In this document: piece after piece, positions 1-9,234 of the stretch
Position numbering within the stretch: the first letter of the stretch is position 1
How the letters are laid out: each line of letters opens with the position of its first letter
Assembly: GCA_003514005.1 (NCBI GenBank)
Contig: DOSJ01000018.1
Span: 33,105 to 97,104 of the forward strand
DNA length: 64,000 nt
DNA from: Candidatus Falkowbacteria bacterium
GTDB lineage: Bacteria; Patescibacteriota; Patescibacteriia; Patescibacteriales; UBA12075
Reading direction: 5' to 3'
Program-made: the position numbers and the translations under genes
Notes under the pieces: model-generated
Told to the model about the DNA's origin: nothing
Seen by the model: only the letters and a program-made list of their open reading frames with translations
Databases searched by the model: none

Positions 1-1275
1 TTTACTTGCCAAAATATATTTGACAAGCTCATCTTTTTTGATTGATTTTAATTTTTCCGAAATTTCCGAAAAATATTCTTCACTAATAGTATCTTTAATT
101 TTCGTATTTTTCACTTCTTCCAAAAAATTATCAATCTGTTTCCGACAGATATCTTCGCCATTCGGCACTTTTTTGTATTCGATTTTTTTGCCGATTATAT
201 TTTCAATCTCTCTGATTCTTCTGGTTTCCCTTGGTGTTGCAATAATGATCGAAACCCCGCTTTTCTGCGCGCGCCCTGTTCTTCCGCTTCTGTGCGTATA
301 CGATTCGTTCTGATCCGGAAAATTATAATTGATAACATGCGTCAAATCATTCACATCAATTCCGCGTGCCGCCACATCGGTCGCGACCAATAAGCGGATT
401 TGTTTACGTTTGAATCGATCCATGATCTTTGTACGCATTCCCTGTGAAATATCGCCATGCATCGCTTCGGCGTCATAATTCGCTTGTTTTAATTTATCCG
501 CTACCTCTTGAGTTTCATTTCGAGTACGGCAAAACAGAATGCCATATACACCTGGCAGATTATCAAGAATCCTTTTCAAAGCCTCGAAACGATCTCGCCC
601 TTGCACAATATAATGCTCGTGGCTGACATTTTCCGCGCCAACGTTCTTTGTGCCAATACTTATCTCCTCCGCATCTTTCATGTACTGTCTGGCAATTGCG
701 TGAACGCTTTTTGACATGGTTGCAGAAAAAAGCATGGTCTGTCTTGTTTCCGGCGTTTCGCTTAAAATAGCATCAAGGTCATCCTTGAATCCCATATCGA
801 GCATCTCGTCCGCTTCGTCCAAAACCAACCATTTGATATTTTGCAGTTTTAATATTTTTCTACGAATCAAATCATGCACGCGCCCCGGAGTACCAACAAC
901 GATATTAGCTCCACTGCGAAGCGACTTGATTTGAAACTCGATTCTTTCTCCGCCATAAACCGCGGTAACGGTTACACCCTTGCAATATTTTGCAAATTTT
1001 TTAATATCCTGCGAAATCTGCAAACACAGTTCGCGTGTTGGGCAAATAATAAAGGCTTGCAATTCTTTGCCGTCCGCCTTGATCTGATTTAAAATTGGCA
1101 ACGCAAAAGCCGCCGTCTTACCGGTTCCGGTCTGTGCCAAAGCAGTCAGATCTTTTTTTGATTTTAAGAGAAAGGGAATCGCCTGCTCCTGAATCGGAGA
1201 AGGCTCAACAAATCCCAAGTCGTCAAGACCTTTCATCACATCAGGATGAAGGCCCAGTTCTTTAAAAGTAGTCAT
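1..1275 (-). CDS. DEAD-box ATP-dependent RNA helicase (C-terminus cut by window edge)
   Basis: Reverse ATG at 1275-1273. Hand translation gives MTTFKELGLHPDVMKGLDDLGFVEPSPIQEQAIPFLL...AQTGTGKTAAFALPIL (Q motif, motif I) and VLDEADEMLDMG (motif II). The frame stays open to position 1; it is absent from the ORF track because there is no stop in the window. Confidence 0.85.
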   Translation of the reverse strand, partial: MTTFKELGLHPDVMKGLDDLGFVEPSPIQEQAIPFLLKSKKDLTALAQTGTGKTAAFALPILNQIKADGKELQAFIICPTRELCLQISQDIKKFAKYCKGVTVTAVYGGERIEFQIKSLRSGANIVVGTPGRVHDLIRRKILKLQNIKWLVLDEADEMLDMGFKDDLDAILSETPETRQTMLFSATMSKSVHAIARQYMKDAEEISIGTKNVGAENVSHEHYIVQGRDRFEALKRILDNLPGVYGILFCRTRNETQEVADKLKQANYDAEAMHGDISQGMRTKIMDRFKRKQIRLLVATDVAARGIDVNDLTHVINYNFPDQNESYTHRSGRTGRAQKSGVSIIIATPRETRRIREIENIIGKKIEYKKVPNGEDICRKQIDNFLEEVKNTKIKDTISEEYFSEISEKLKSIKKDELVKYILASK

Positions 1276-1289
1276 GTATTTTATTTTAC

Positions 1290-1444
1290 ATGACTTACGC
1301 AAGTATTTTTTAATCCGAAAAAGTATTTGCTGATATTTAATAATTATCCGATTTGGGCGACCTCACTTTCCACACGCCCCATAAGGAGAATTATTAAATA
1401 TCAGCGAATACGATGATTGTAAAAAACACAATCGCGTAGGTCAT
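1290..1444. repeat. Nested inverted repeat (long hairpin) in the helicase leader
   Basis: Outer arms atgacttacgc (1290-1300) / gcgtaggtcat (1434-1444). Inner 23-nt arms gtatttgctgatatttaataatt (1323-1345) / aattattaaatatcagcgaatac (1389-1411), 1 mismatch. Confidence 0.6.
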
Positions 1445-1687
1445 ATTTATATTTGCTCTAGTCCCAAAAAAATATAACAATATTTTTGAGCCGTCAATTC
1501 AAATCTTTTTTATTATAATTTCCAAAAAAGATTTATTATAAGCAAATATAATTATGACAGCCCGCTAAAGAGTTAAGAGTACAAATAGTTTATTATTTAA
1601 ACTTTTTTAATAAGCACAAAACTTATAGTCTCATACTTTTTGTATTTTGTCAAGGGCGTAAAAAAACGATGAATTTGCATAAAACCC

Positions 1688-1793
1688 TAGTGAAGTAAAG
1701 GCTTAAATTAGTTATTATCGAAGCGAGGACTGTCTGAGCCGCGAGAGTTCCGCAGCGAGAGAATAGCTAATTTAAGCCTTTACGAAACGGATT
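1688..1793 (+). repeat. Hairpin element with conserved core gaggactgtctgag...gagttccgcag, copy 1
   Basis: Arms gtaaaggcttaaattagttatt (1695-1716) / aatagctaatttaagcctttac (1762-1783) flank the core. Near-identical copy at 52493-52625 (inverted); core-only copy at 28175-28293. Confidence 0.7.
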
Positions 1794-3024
1794 TGACAGC
1801 ATTTTCTCCCGCCACATACCCCGTACTCCAACAAATCTGCAGATTATAACCGCCACTAGGCCCATCCAAATCCAAAACTTCACCAGCTAAAAACAAATTA
1901 TTATATAATCGCGAGCGCATTGTTTTGGGGTCAACTTCTTTTATATCAACACCGCCGGCAGTTACCATTGCTTTTTCAAAACCACCTAGTCCGCTGACAG
2001 TAAAACAAAATTCTTTGAGCAATAAAACCAATCGTTTTCTTTCTTCCTTTGAAATTGAATTGATTAATTTGTTTTCGAAAATCCCGGATAATTTAATAAT
2101 AGACGGAACCAATTTTGGAGATACTAAACCAGCTAAATAATTTTTAAACATTTTATTATTACTATTATGAAAATCATTCTGAATTTTCTTTTCCAAAACA
2201 TCTGTCATAACTGCGGGAAACAAATCGATTTTTACAAAAACTGATTCTGATAGAAGTGCGCCGATCTGACGGCTCAAATCAATTATCACCGGACCGCTCA
2301 GTCCATCGGCGGTAAATAGCAAATCCCCTATCCGGCTGATTATTTTTTTCTTGTTTTGAAAAATACTGATTCCAACATCTTTCAAGCTTGTGCCTTCCAA
2401 GTCTTTTACAAATTTTTCTTTGACTATCACAGATGTCAAAGCCGGACGCGGAGCGATTATTTTATGGCCAAGACCCGCGAGCCATTCATACGCATCACCG
2501 GTTGAACCAGTACCGGGGTAAGATTTTCCACCTGTTGCAATAATATAATTTTTAGCAACAATTTCTTTGCCATCTTCTAAAACTATTTTTTCAATCTTAT
2601 TCTTTTTCCCGATTACAGACTTAACTTTTGACCCGAATAATATTGTAACATTATTTTTCTTTAAATATTCTGCCAATACCAAACGCACGTCCAGGGCGCG
2701 ATCGCTTTCCGGAAAAATCCGGCCATTGTCTTCCACTTTTGTTTTCAGACCCAGACCATGAAAAAAATCCAAAGTTTTTTCAACACCAAACTGATCAAAA
2801 ACAGAAAACAAAAATTTATAATTCACCCCATAAGCCGGCATAACATTTTTGTCATCAGCAAAAACATTGCTCAAATTACAACGCCCGTGCCCGGTTGCCA
2901 AAAGTTTCTTACCCAAACTCTCATTTTTTTCCAAAACCAAAACGCGAGCACCTCGCTCGCTTGCTCTTGCCGCCGCCATCATCCCAGCCGGACCGCCTCC
3001 TATTATTACAATATCGTATGTCAT
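1780..3024 (-). CDS. FAD-dependent oxidoreductase, HI0933/YhiN (BaiN-like) family
   Basis: MTYDIVIIGGGPAGMMAAARASERGARVLVLEKN...GRCNLSN dinucleotide-binding N-terminus and GGYNLQ..STG C-terminus. The track start 3048 is TTG; ATG at 3024 is preferred. Confidence 0.75.
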   Translation of the reverse strand: MTYDIVIIGGGPAGMMAAARASERGARVLVLEKNESLGKKLLATGHGRCNLSNVFADDKNVMPAYGVNYKFLFSVFDQFGVEKTLDFFHGLGLKTKVEDNGRIFPESDRALDVRLVLAEYLKKNNVTILFGSKVKSVIGKKNKIEKIVLEDGKEIVAKNYIIATGGKSYPGTGSTGDAYEWLAGLGHKIIAPRPALTSVIVKEKFVKDLEGTSLKDVGISIFQNKKKIISRIGDLLFTADGLSGPVIIDLSRQIGALLSESVFVKIDLFPAVMTDVLEKKIQNDFHNSNNKMFKNYLAGLVSPKLVPSIIKLSGIFENKLINSISKEERKRLVLLLKEFCFTVSGLGGFEKAMVTAGGVDIKEVDPKTMRSRLYNNLFLAGEVLDLDGPSGGYNLQICWSTGYVAGENAVKSVS

Positions 3025-3683
3025 AATTTTCCCTCTACCTCTTTCCAAAATCGAATAAAATAATTCTTCATATATGCATGCCTATCAACCGCGTACTTTG
3101 TTCCCGTTTTCGTAATCATTTTATTTTTAATCTTTTTTAAAATAATCTCATATTCCAATATCGCAGAATCTTCTTTTGTATATGAATAATTTTTTTTCTG
3201 TTTTGATAATATTTTTTCATTTCCGGTATACAAATTTTTTGATCCGGCGTAGCCGGCAAACAAAAAATCTCTGGCAACCCCAATCGCACCGATCGAATCC
3301 AGCTTGTCCGCGTCAAACAAAACTTTTGCCTCAATCGTTTTTGGCAAATGGTTATTTCGATTACGATGAGAAATAATACAATGGCAAATTCTATCGATAA
3401 TTTCTTTGTCAATTTTTAAATCCCCTAAAATCAATCTTGCTATTTCCGCCCCTTTCTCAGCATGACAAAAGCTACCTTTGCTTTTCATCTCTTCCTTTCT
3501 GCCAATATCATGCAACAAAGCCGCAACCTCCAAAACATCCAAATCCGCCTTTTCAATCTTACCGATTTTCATCGCCAGTTTCACAACCCGCTCCACATGC
3601 GACCAATCATGACAACCGCTTGCGTCTTTAAAAAAAGTTTTTGCCTTTATTCTAATTTTTTCTTTTACTTGATTATTTATCAT
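3021..3683 (-). CDS. HD-domain metal-dependent phosphohydrolase
   Basis: HDWSHVERV...AALLHDIGR HD motif. The track start 3707 is TTG; first ATG is at 3683. The stop overlaps the downstream start as ATGA (3021-3024). Confidence 0.7.
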   Translation of the reverse strand: MINNQVKEKIRIKAKTFFKDASGCHDWSHVERVVKLAMKIGKIEKADLDVLEVAALLHDIGRKEEMKSKGSFCHAEKGAEIARLILGDLKIDKEIIDRICHCIISHRNRNNHLPKTIEAKVLFDADKLDSIGAIGVARDFLFAGYAGSKNLYTGNEKILSKQKKNYSYTKEDSAILEYEIILKKIKNKMITKTGTKYAVDRHAYMKNYFIRFWKEVEGKL

Positions 3684-3797
3684 ATTATTATCGATATAAT
3701 ACCACAATCATTAATATTAAACTAGTATAATTCATATAGCTATATAAATATTATTATATTAGTATTTTATGCTAATTTTAAGCTTAAAAACAACATA

Positions 3798-3826
3798 TTG
3801 ACAAAATAATATAAACATGCTATTAT
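3798..3826 (+). promoter_or_regulatory. Sigma70-like promoter of the orphan gene
   Basis: TTGACA (3798-3803), 17-nt spacer, TATTAT (3821-3826). AAAGGAG Shine-Dalgarno precedes the ATG at 3877. Confidence 0.5.
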
Positions 3827-3876
3827 AAAAAATTAATTGTACATTTTATTAATATTTTTGAATAAAGGAGTTAACA

Positions 3877-4602
3877 ATGCTAATGAGGAGAAATAATGCG
3901 CGAACGAGGGAAGCTGATCTTGTGAGTGTCAAATTCAATGTATCAGGGGAAGTAATAAACGGAAATATTACAAATAAATGCGACAACAGAACCAAGATTG
4001 TTTTAATTTATGGCTACAAGCCAGAACTAGGATGGAGTGGCATTTTACCAAGAGATAAAGAAGAGTGGCGATGTGTGGTTCAACAAGACACTAATGAATA
4101 TTGTCCTTTTCGTGGCGCACTATTAGTGCATCTTCTGGAAAACTTAAGTGAAAAAAAGCTTAGAGAAGCCATTGAGTCGGCAAAAATACTTTCTCCAATC
4201 TTAAAACATTTCGACAATCCCAAAAACATTGACAGCATCAATTTTGCGGAGAAGATCAAAAAATTCGCGGAAGAGACGATTGCGCCACAAAAACTCTTAT
4301 CATCCATAAAAAAGATGGTAGGAAATGATCATTTGCAGGCACAGGTCGGTCAATCGGAATATTTATTATTTCTTCTCCAGGAACAAGGAGTAACAATCGG
4401 CCAAGACGATAGGTTACAAGCTGTAATCGATTGGCTTGAGCGGGACGAAAATATTGCCCTCATAGAAGATAAAGGGCAAAGACATTTCTCCTGCGGAGGC
4501 TGCAAAACAATGTTCCGTTTAGGAAAAACGGAATATCGGGAATACAAAACTCACCAATTTATCAGATGTCCGGATTGCGGTGCCAATTCTGGAAAAAAAT
4601 AA
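3877..4602 (+). CDS. Hypothetical protein with C-terminal CxxC...CxxC zinc ribbon
   Basis: 241-aa ORF with a strong SD. C-terminus reads FSCGGCKTMF...IRCPDCGANSGKK. No family recognised. Confidence 0.6.
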   Translation: MLMRRNNARTREADLVSVKFNVSGEVINGNITNKCDNRTKIVLIYGYKPELGWSGILPRDKEEWRCVVQQDTNEYCPFRGALLVHLLENLSEKKLREAIESAKILSPILKHFDNPKNIDSINFAEKIKKFAEETIAPQKLLSSIKKMVGNDHLQAQVGQSEYLLFLLQEQGVTIGQDDRLQAVIDWLERDENIALIEDKGQRHFSCGGCKTMFRLGKTEYREYKTHQFIRCPDCGANSGKK

Positions 4603-4614
4603 AACCCTAAAATT

Positions 4615-4645
4615 AAAGCCGGTAGATTATCACCGGCTTTTTTTC
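4615..4645 (+). terminator. Rho-independent terminator
   Basis: Stem gccggt (4618-4623) / accggc (4632-4637), followed by a T7 run. Confidence 0.7.
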
Positions 4646-4650
4646 ATTTT

Positions 4651-4699
4651 AAAAAAAGCGGCTACGATTTATGCTTTGCGCATATTTTTCGTAACCGCT
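4651..4699 (-). terminator. Probable terminator of maf
   Basis: Stem agcggctacg / cgtaaccgct. The A7 run on the plus strand is a U-run on the minus strand. Confidence 0.45.
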
Positions 4700-4727
4700 A
4701 TACTGTTTTATATTTATTTTTTTATAA

Positions 4728-5348
4728 TCAGGACCAGACTACCCTGATTATCTCGATTACTGCTTCCAGTGGCAATCCATAGAGTAGATTATTGTAACTA
4801 CCATGAATCTCTTTTGCAAAAGTCGCGCCATAATTTCCAAATGTACTGTGGCCGATAGCGTATGTTTTAAAATTTGGATCCTGCATAAGGTAATGGTTGA
4901 TTTCAGATGTTTCCAATTCACGCATCAATACTTCAGTTTTTATTGCCAAATAATACGCCGTCTGTCCACCTTCCAGATAATTATCAATAAGATGGATACC
5001 AGTATAAAACTCATATTTATTTCCAGACAAAGCCTTTAATCGCCTAAAAGCATCAGCTTTTGATTTTGGTTTTTCCAAAATCTTTCCCTCAAAACAACCG
5101 ACAGAATCAAAACCAATGATTATACAATTTTCTTTGTGGTTTTTGGCCACTGCCTCGGCTTTTAATTTGGCTAAGCACATAACCAATTTTTCCGGACCAT
5201 CTGGTCTTCCTTCAAAATACTCCTCAACATCACTCCCTTCAAAATCAAACGGAATATCCAGTGTCTCAAATGCCTTTATCCGATGCGGTGAAGTAGTCGC
5301 CAAAATAAGTTTTTTTCTTGATTTTATTGCGCCTTTCTTATTCATCAT
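4728..5348 (-). CDS. maf: Maf-like nucleoside triphosphate pyrophosphatase
   Basis: LILATTSPHRIKAFETLDIPF N-terminus, typical Maf length, GGAGG SD. Confidence 0.7.
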   Translation of the reverse strand: MMNKKGAIKSRKKLILATTSPHRIKAFETLDIPFDFEGSDVEEYFEGRPDGPEKLVMCLAKLKAEAVAKNHKENCIIIGFDSVGCFEGKILEKPKSKADAFRRLKALSGNKYEFYTGIHLIDNYLEGGQTAYYLAIKTEVLMRELETSEINHYLMQDPNFKTYAIGHSTFGNYGATFAKEIHGSYNNLLYGLPLEAVIEIIRVVWS

Positions 5349-5435
5349 TTAAACCTCCAAAAAATTAATTAATATTTGAACGAACATTTTTGTATAACAA
5401 GAATTTATCTGAAATATTTGTAATTGTCAATTTAT

Positions 5436-6539
5436 CTACAAAAACAAAAAATACAAATATGACAAACCAACAAGTGGGAAAAGAGATTGGATATTGTCTA
5501 TAAATAAGAGCGCCAAAACAAAGATCAGTAAACGACCGATGACAGTCGGTATTTCTTTAATGATAAAAAAATCCTCATTAATATCCTGCTTGGCCTTATT
5601 AAAAGTCAGATGAGTATAGGGCAAAATCAATAGAACGGTAAACACACCGGAAAGCAGAGTGCTGATGTATATCAATATTTCATTTGAAAACGCATAGCGA
5701 ACAAACCAATTAACCATGAGCAAAGGTACGGCTATGCGGATAAAGAACTTCTCGTTTTTCTTGTTTACCTGTTTGCCGATATACAGCGTAAAAAGAGCGG
5801 AGCCAATCGCTACCAAAGTACCCAAAGCCCCGATTGAAACAACATTTTTTACAGTAAAATATACAAAAATCGGCCAAATTATTCCATCAGTCTCGCCGCC
5901 GATGTTATCAAATATTTCAGACAAGATTAATTTTGGATGTTTCTTAAAAAATGCCAAACCTTTTTTTGGACGAAAATGATAATTGTCTTTCAAACTTGGA
6001 GATAATAAAAGTGGCAGCATTGAACAGAAAGAAATTATAAAAGTTGCGGCAAAAAGCGGTTTGAATCCAAAAAAATAAACAATTACGCCGCCCAAAAACG
6101 GTCCTGCCAAACCCGCTATCTGCGGCAATGCCATTAACTTGCCAAGCGAACCGCCCATCTCGTTCGCGTTTGTGTGTCGCGCAAACAAAACGTTCAAGGG
6201 CGTATAATAAAAAGCGGATTGCAATCCGCTGGCAACAGCCAAAACAAAAATATTGATATCCAATTCTTTCAGATATATTAAAAAAATTAAATAAAAAAAT
6301 AAAAACGGATAGCGGAAAAGCAAAATCTTTTTAAAACCCAATCCCTCCGCCAAGTAACCGGCGGCAAAACAACCGGCTAAAAGCACCAAATTATGAATTA
6401 TAAAATAATAAATAATCGCACGGAAGTCATAGCCATAATCCAGCATCAAGATCGGAATAAATATTCCGGATATGGAAAAAGCTAAAGCATCGATTATCTG
6501 CATCAAATAAATTGCGTTAATTCCATTTTTTATTTTCAT
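5436..6539 (-). CDS. MFS-type transporter
   Basis: 367 aa, roughly 10-12 hydrophobic segments. Lies 2 nt downstream of the GH130 gene. Confidence 0.5.
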   Translation of the reverse strand: MKIKNGINAIYLMQIIDALAFSISGIFIPILMLDYGYDFRAIIYYFIIHNLVLLAGCFAAGYLAEGLGFKKILLFRYPFLFFYLIFLIYLKELDINIFVLAVASGLQSAFYYTPLNVLFARHTNANEMGGSLGKLMALPQIAGLAGPFLGGVIVYFFGFKPLFAATFIISFCSMLPLLLSPSLKDNYHFRPKKGLAFFKKHPKLILSEIFDNIGGETDGIIWPIFVYFTVKNVVSIGALGTLVAIGSALFTLYIGKQVNKKNEKFFIRIAVPLLMVNWFVRYAFSNEILIYISTLLSGVFTVLLILPYTHLTFNKAKQDINEDFFIIKEIPTVIGRLLIFVLALLFIDNIQSLFPLVGLSYLYFLFL

Positions 6540-6541
6540 AT

Positions 6542-7624
6542 TTAAATATCTGCGGATTTTAATATATCGCTCAAACTTGCGCTAGCCGTACAAATCACTG
6601 AATCGCTAGCACCGTAATAGATGCGCAAAGTATCACCAATAACAACAGCGCCACAGCAAAAAGTTACTCTTGGCATAATACCTTTTTTCTCGGCTTCGGC
6701 TAAAAAATTTTTCAATTCTTTGTCAGACATTTTTTGCAAAGCCGAAAGTCCGCCTGGCAGAACATCCACAATACCGCTCATTTCATAATCTTTTTCCGGC
6801 TCAAAAATCGGTTTGTCAGAACGGTACAAAATCTTTTTTGGATCAACTAAATCCAAAAGCAAAAAACCAATCTTGTAACAATGTTGTTGATTTATACCGT
6901 GATACAAAACCAGCCAGCCTTTTTCAGTTCTAATCGGCGGCGGTCCCATTTCAACAAAAGCATTATCAAAATAATCTCCTTCACGCGGTTCCAAAAATGG
7001 AGATTGATCACCTATCCAATGAATACCGTCATCCGATTCCGCGAACCAAATCCGATATTCACCGAAGAGCATCAAATATTTTCCATTTACTTTTTCCGGA
7101 AAGATTCCACCCGATTTTGACCACTCACTAAATTTTTCTTTCTCATGCAACTCACCCTCTTCATCCCATTCCAAATAAACACCGCCGGCCTTTTTAAAAT
7201 TCCAATCAAAAAAAACCGGACACTGCTTTTCCCAAACTTTCAAATCCAAAGATGTTGCAACGCACAATCTGGGTGTTACTCCGTCATAAGCCGCGTATGC
7301 CATATAAAACGTATCACCAATCTTTGTAATCCGCGGATCTTCCAATCCTCTTTTTTCCGATTCAGTCTCGCCAAAGAGAAGTGGCGTATCAAATCTTTGA
7401 AAATTCTCACCGTCACGAGACACAGCATAACCGATTGCAGATTTCCAATCCGTACCCTTACCAACCGCGCGATAAAACAAATGATATTTTCCATCAAAAA
7501 AAATCGCCCCGGAATTATACAGCTTTTCCGCTTCCCAGGTGTTTTTTGGATTTGGTTTTAGGATTGGGTTTTGTTTAGAGCGAGTGAACATGTTTTGATT
7601 ATTAGATAGTAATAATCGTATCAT
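6542..7624 (-). CDS. GH130-family glycoside phosphorylase/hydrolase (DUF377-like)
   Basis: NPILKPNP..WEAEKLYNSGAIFFDGKYHLFYRAVG, DPRITKIGDTFYMAYAAYDG, and RIYYGASDSVICTA motifs. Confidence 0.6.
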   Translation of the reverse strand: MIRLLLSNNQNMFTRSKQNPILKPNPKNTWEAEKLYNSGAIFFDGKYHLFYRAVGKGTDWKSAIGYAVSRDGENFQRFDTPLLFGETESEKRGLEDPRITKIGDTFYMAYAAYDGVTPRLCVATSLDLKVWEKQCPVFFDWNFKKAGGVYLEWDEEGELHEKEKFSEWSKSGGIFPEKVNGKYLMLFGEYRIWFAESDDGIHWIGDQSPFLEPREGDYFDNAFVEMGPPPIRTEKGWLVLYHGINQQHCYKIGFLLLDLVDPKKILYRSDKPIFEPEKDYEMSGIVDVLPGGLSALQKMSDKELKNFLAEAEKKGIMPRVTFCCGAVVIGDTLRIYYGASDSVICTASASLSDILKSADI

Positions 7625-7701
7625 TTTTACAAAAAATTAACAAAAATATTTTATTTTATTATAATATTAGCAAAATATTTTAAATATAATCGTATCATTT
7701 T

Positions 7702-9042
7702 TTATCTCCCACCACCCGAAATTGACCTACGAAATTTTTCTCTGTCTGTCATTGTTTTTTGTATAGGGTTACTCGGCCTATTCTGTGCACTTACACCGCG
7801 CGATTTTTTCGGCGCGCTAAATGATCGGCGGATAACTCCGTTTCTTTTTGTGATACTCATCCTTGCCCCTCCGCGCGCGCTTTCGCTTCCGCTGGCCTGC
7901 ATGAGCGCGCTCAGCTCGGCCGGGGTCTTGTCGGTCTTAATAGTTTTGTTGATAAGCTTTTCAATCTCGCGCAGATTTTTTATCTGGCTCGGCATTACAA
8001 ATGAGATTGCTTTACCACTTTTTCCGGCGCGGGCAGTACGTCCGATACGATGGACATAATCGCCGGATTTTTCCGGCAGATCAAAATTGATAACCAGCTC
8101 AATCTCTTTCACATCTATTCCCCGAGCTGCGATATCAGTCGCGATCAATATCCGATATTTTCCCATTTTAAATCCTTCCAAAGCACTACGACGCTGATCC
8201 AAAGAACGGTTGGAATGGATTTCAGCCGCGCTAAATCCAATCTGACTGATTTTTCTAGTCAGTCCTTTGACAGAATGTTTGGTACGCATAAAGATAAGTA
8301 CCGAACCTTTGGTTTCTGATAATATTTTTTTTAAATAATCAAATTTGCTTTCCTTGTCTATCACAAAAATCTCCTGCTCAACATTCTCGGCCGAAGTTCC
8401 AGCCGGCGCAACCTCGATCCTGGTTGGCAGTGACATATAGTCGGCCGCAATTTTTACGATTTGACTCGGCATAGTGGCAGAAAAAAGCATAGTCTGCCTC
8501 TCTCTTGGCACTAGTTTGAGAATGGATTTTATCTGCGGCAAAAATCCCATATCAAGCATCATATCTGCTTCATCAAGGACTAAAATTTTTACAGACGACA
8601 AATCGACCGACCGTCTTTCCGCATGATCGATAAGCCTTCCGGGTGTAGCGATTATAATGTGCGGTTTTGTTTTTAAAGCTCTTAGCTGGCGATTGATCGG
8701 TTCACCGCCGATTAACACAGATGTGCGCAAACCGATTTTTGCTCCGATCTGCTTAAGGTTTTCATCAACCTGCAAAGCCAATTCGCGTGTTGGCAAAATA
8801 ACTAGTCCTGTTCCTTTGTGAATAGCCAAAAGCTGAAGCATAGGAATTCCAAATGCTAAAGTTTTACCTGTTCCGGTTTGCGCGATACCGACAAGGTCTT
8901 TTCGCTCAAGACTGGCCGGAATCGCCTGCACCTGAATCGGAGTCGGAGTTAAATACTCAAGTTCCGCTAAAATTTGTAAAAGTTTTGGTGCTATGCCAAG
9001 CCCGTTAAAGCCTTGGACATTGCGTTCTGTTGTATTTTTCAT
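7702..9042 (-). CDS. DEAD-box ATP-dependent RNA helicase
   Basis: PTPIQVQAIP, AQTGTGKTLAF, VLDEADMMLDMGF, SAT and HRIGRTARAG motifs. The track start 9075 is GTG; ATG at 9042 (MKNTTERN) is preferred. Confidence 0.9.
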   Translation of the reverse strand: MKNTTERNVQGFNGLGIAPKLLQILAELEYLTPTPIQVQAIPASLERKDLVGIAQTGTGKTLAFGIPMLQLLAIHKGTGLVILPTRELALQVDENLKQIGAKIGLRTSVLIGGEPINRQLRALKTKPHIIIATPGRLIDHAERRSVDLSSVKILVLDEADMMLDMGFLPQIKSILKLVPRERQTMLFSATMPSQIVKIAADYMSLPTRIEVAPAGTSAENVEQEIFVIDKESKFDYLKKILSETKGSVLIFMRTKHSVKGLTRKISQIGFSAAEIHSNRSLDQRRSALEGFKMGKYRILIATDIAARGIDVKEIELVINFDLPEKSGDYVHRIGRTARAGKSGKAISFVMPSQIKNLREIEKLINKTIKTDKTPAELSALMQASGSESARGGARMSITKRNGVIRRSFSAPKKSRGVSAQNRPSNPIQKTMTDREKFRRSISGGGR

Positions 9043-9234
9043 AATATTAGTGACCCGAGTTCTTATGGGAGTCACTAAAAAGCTAGCAATCTAACAACAA
9101 GATAAGTTCGAGTCCTTGCCCAAAAACATGGGCTTATTTTACCGCTTATGTGCGGGTTTGATTGATTTAATGTGGCATTTACAATGGAGTGGCGCAATAG
9201 ATATTTATTCAAATATTAATACAACAGCATAATG

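Noticed and set aside
20-1092. Five plus-strand ORFs of 65-97 aa at the window start
   Set aside because: All are antisense to the DEAD-box helicase frame, which stays open from 1275 to 1 and contains the Q, I and II motifs.
9076-9140. Possible tRNA suggested by gttcgagtcc
   Set aside because: No acceptor stem, D arm or anticodon arm can be folded around it. It is probably just a hairpin in the helicase leader.
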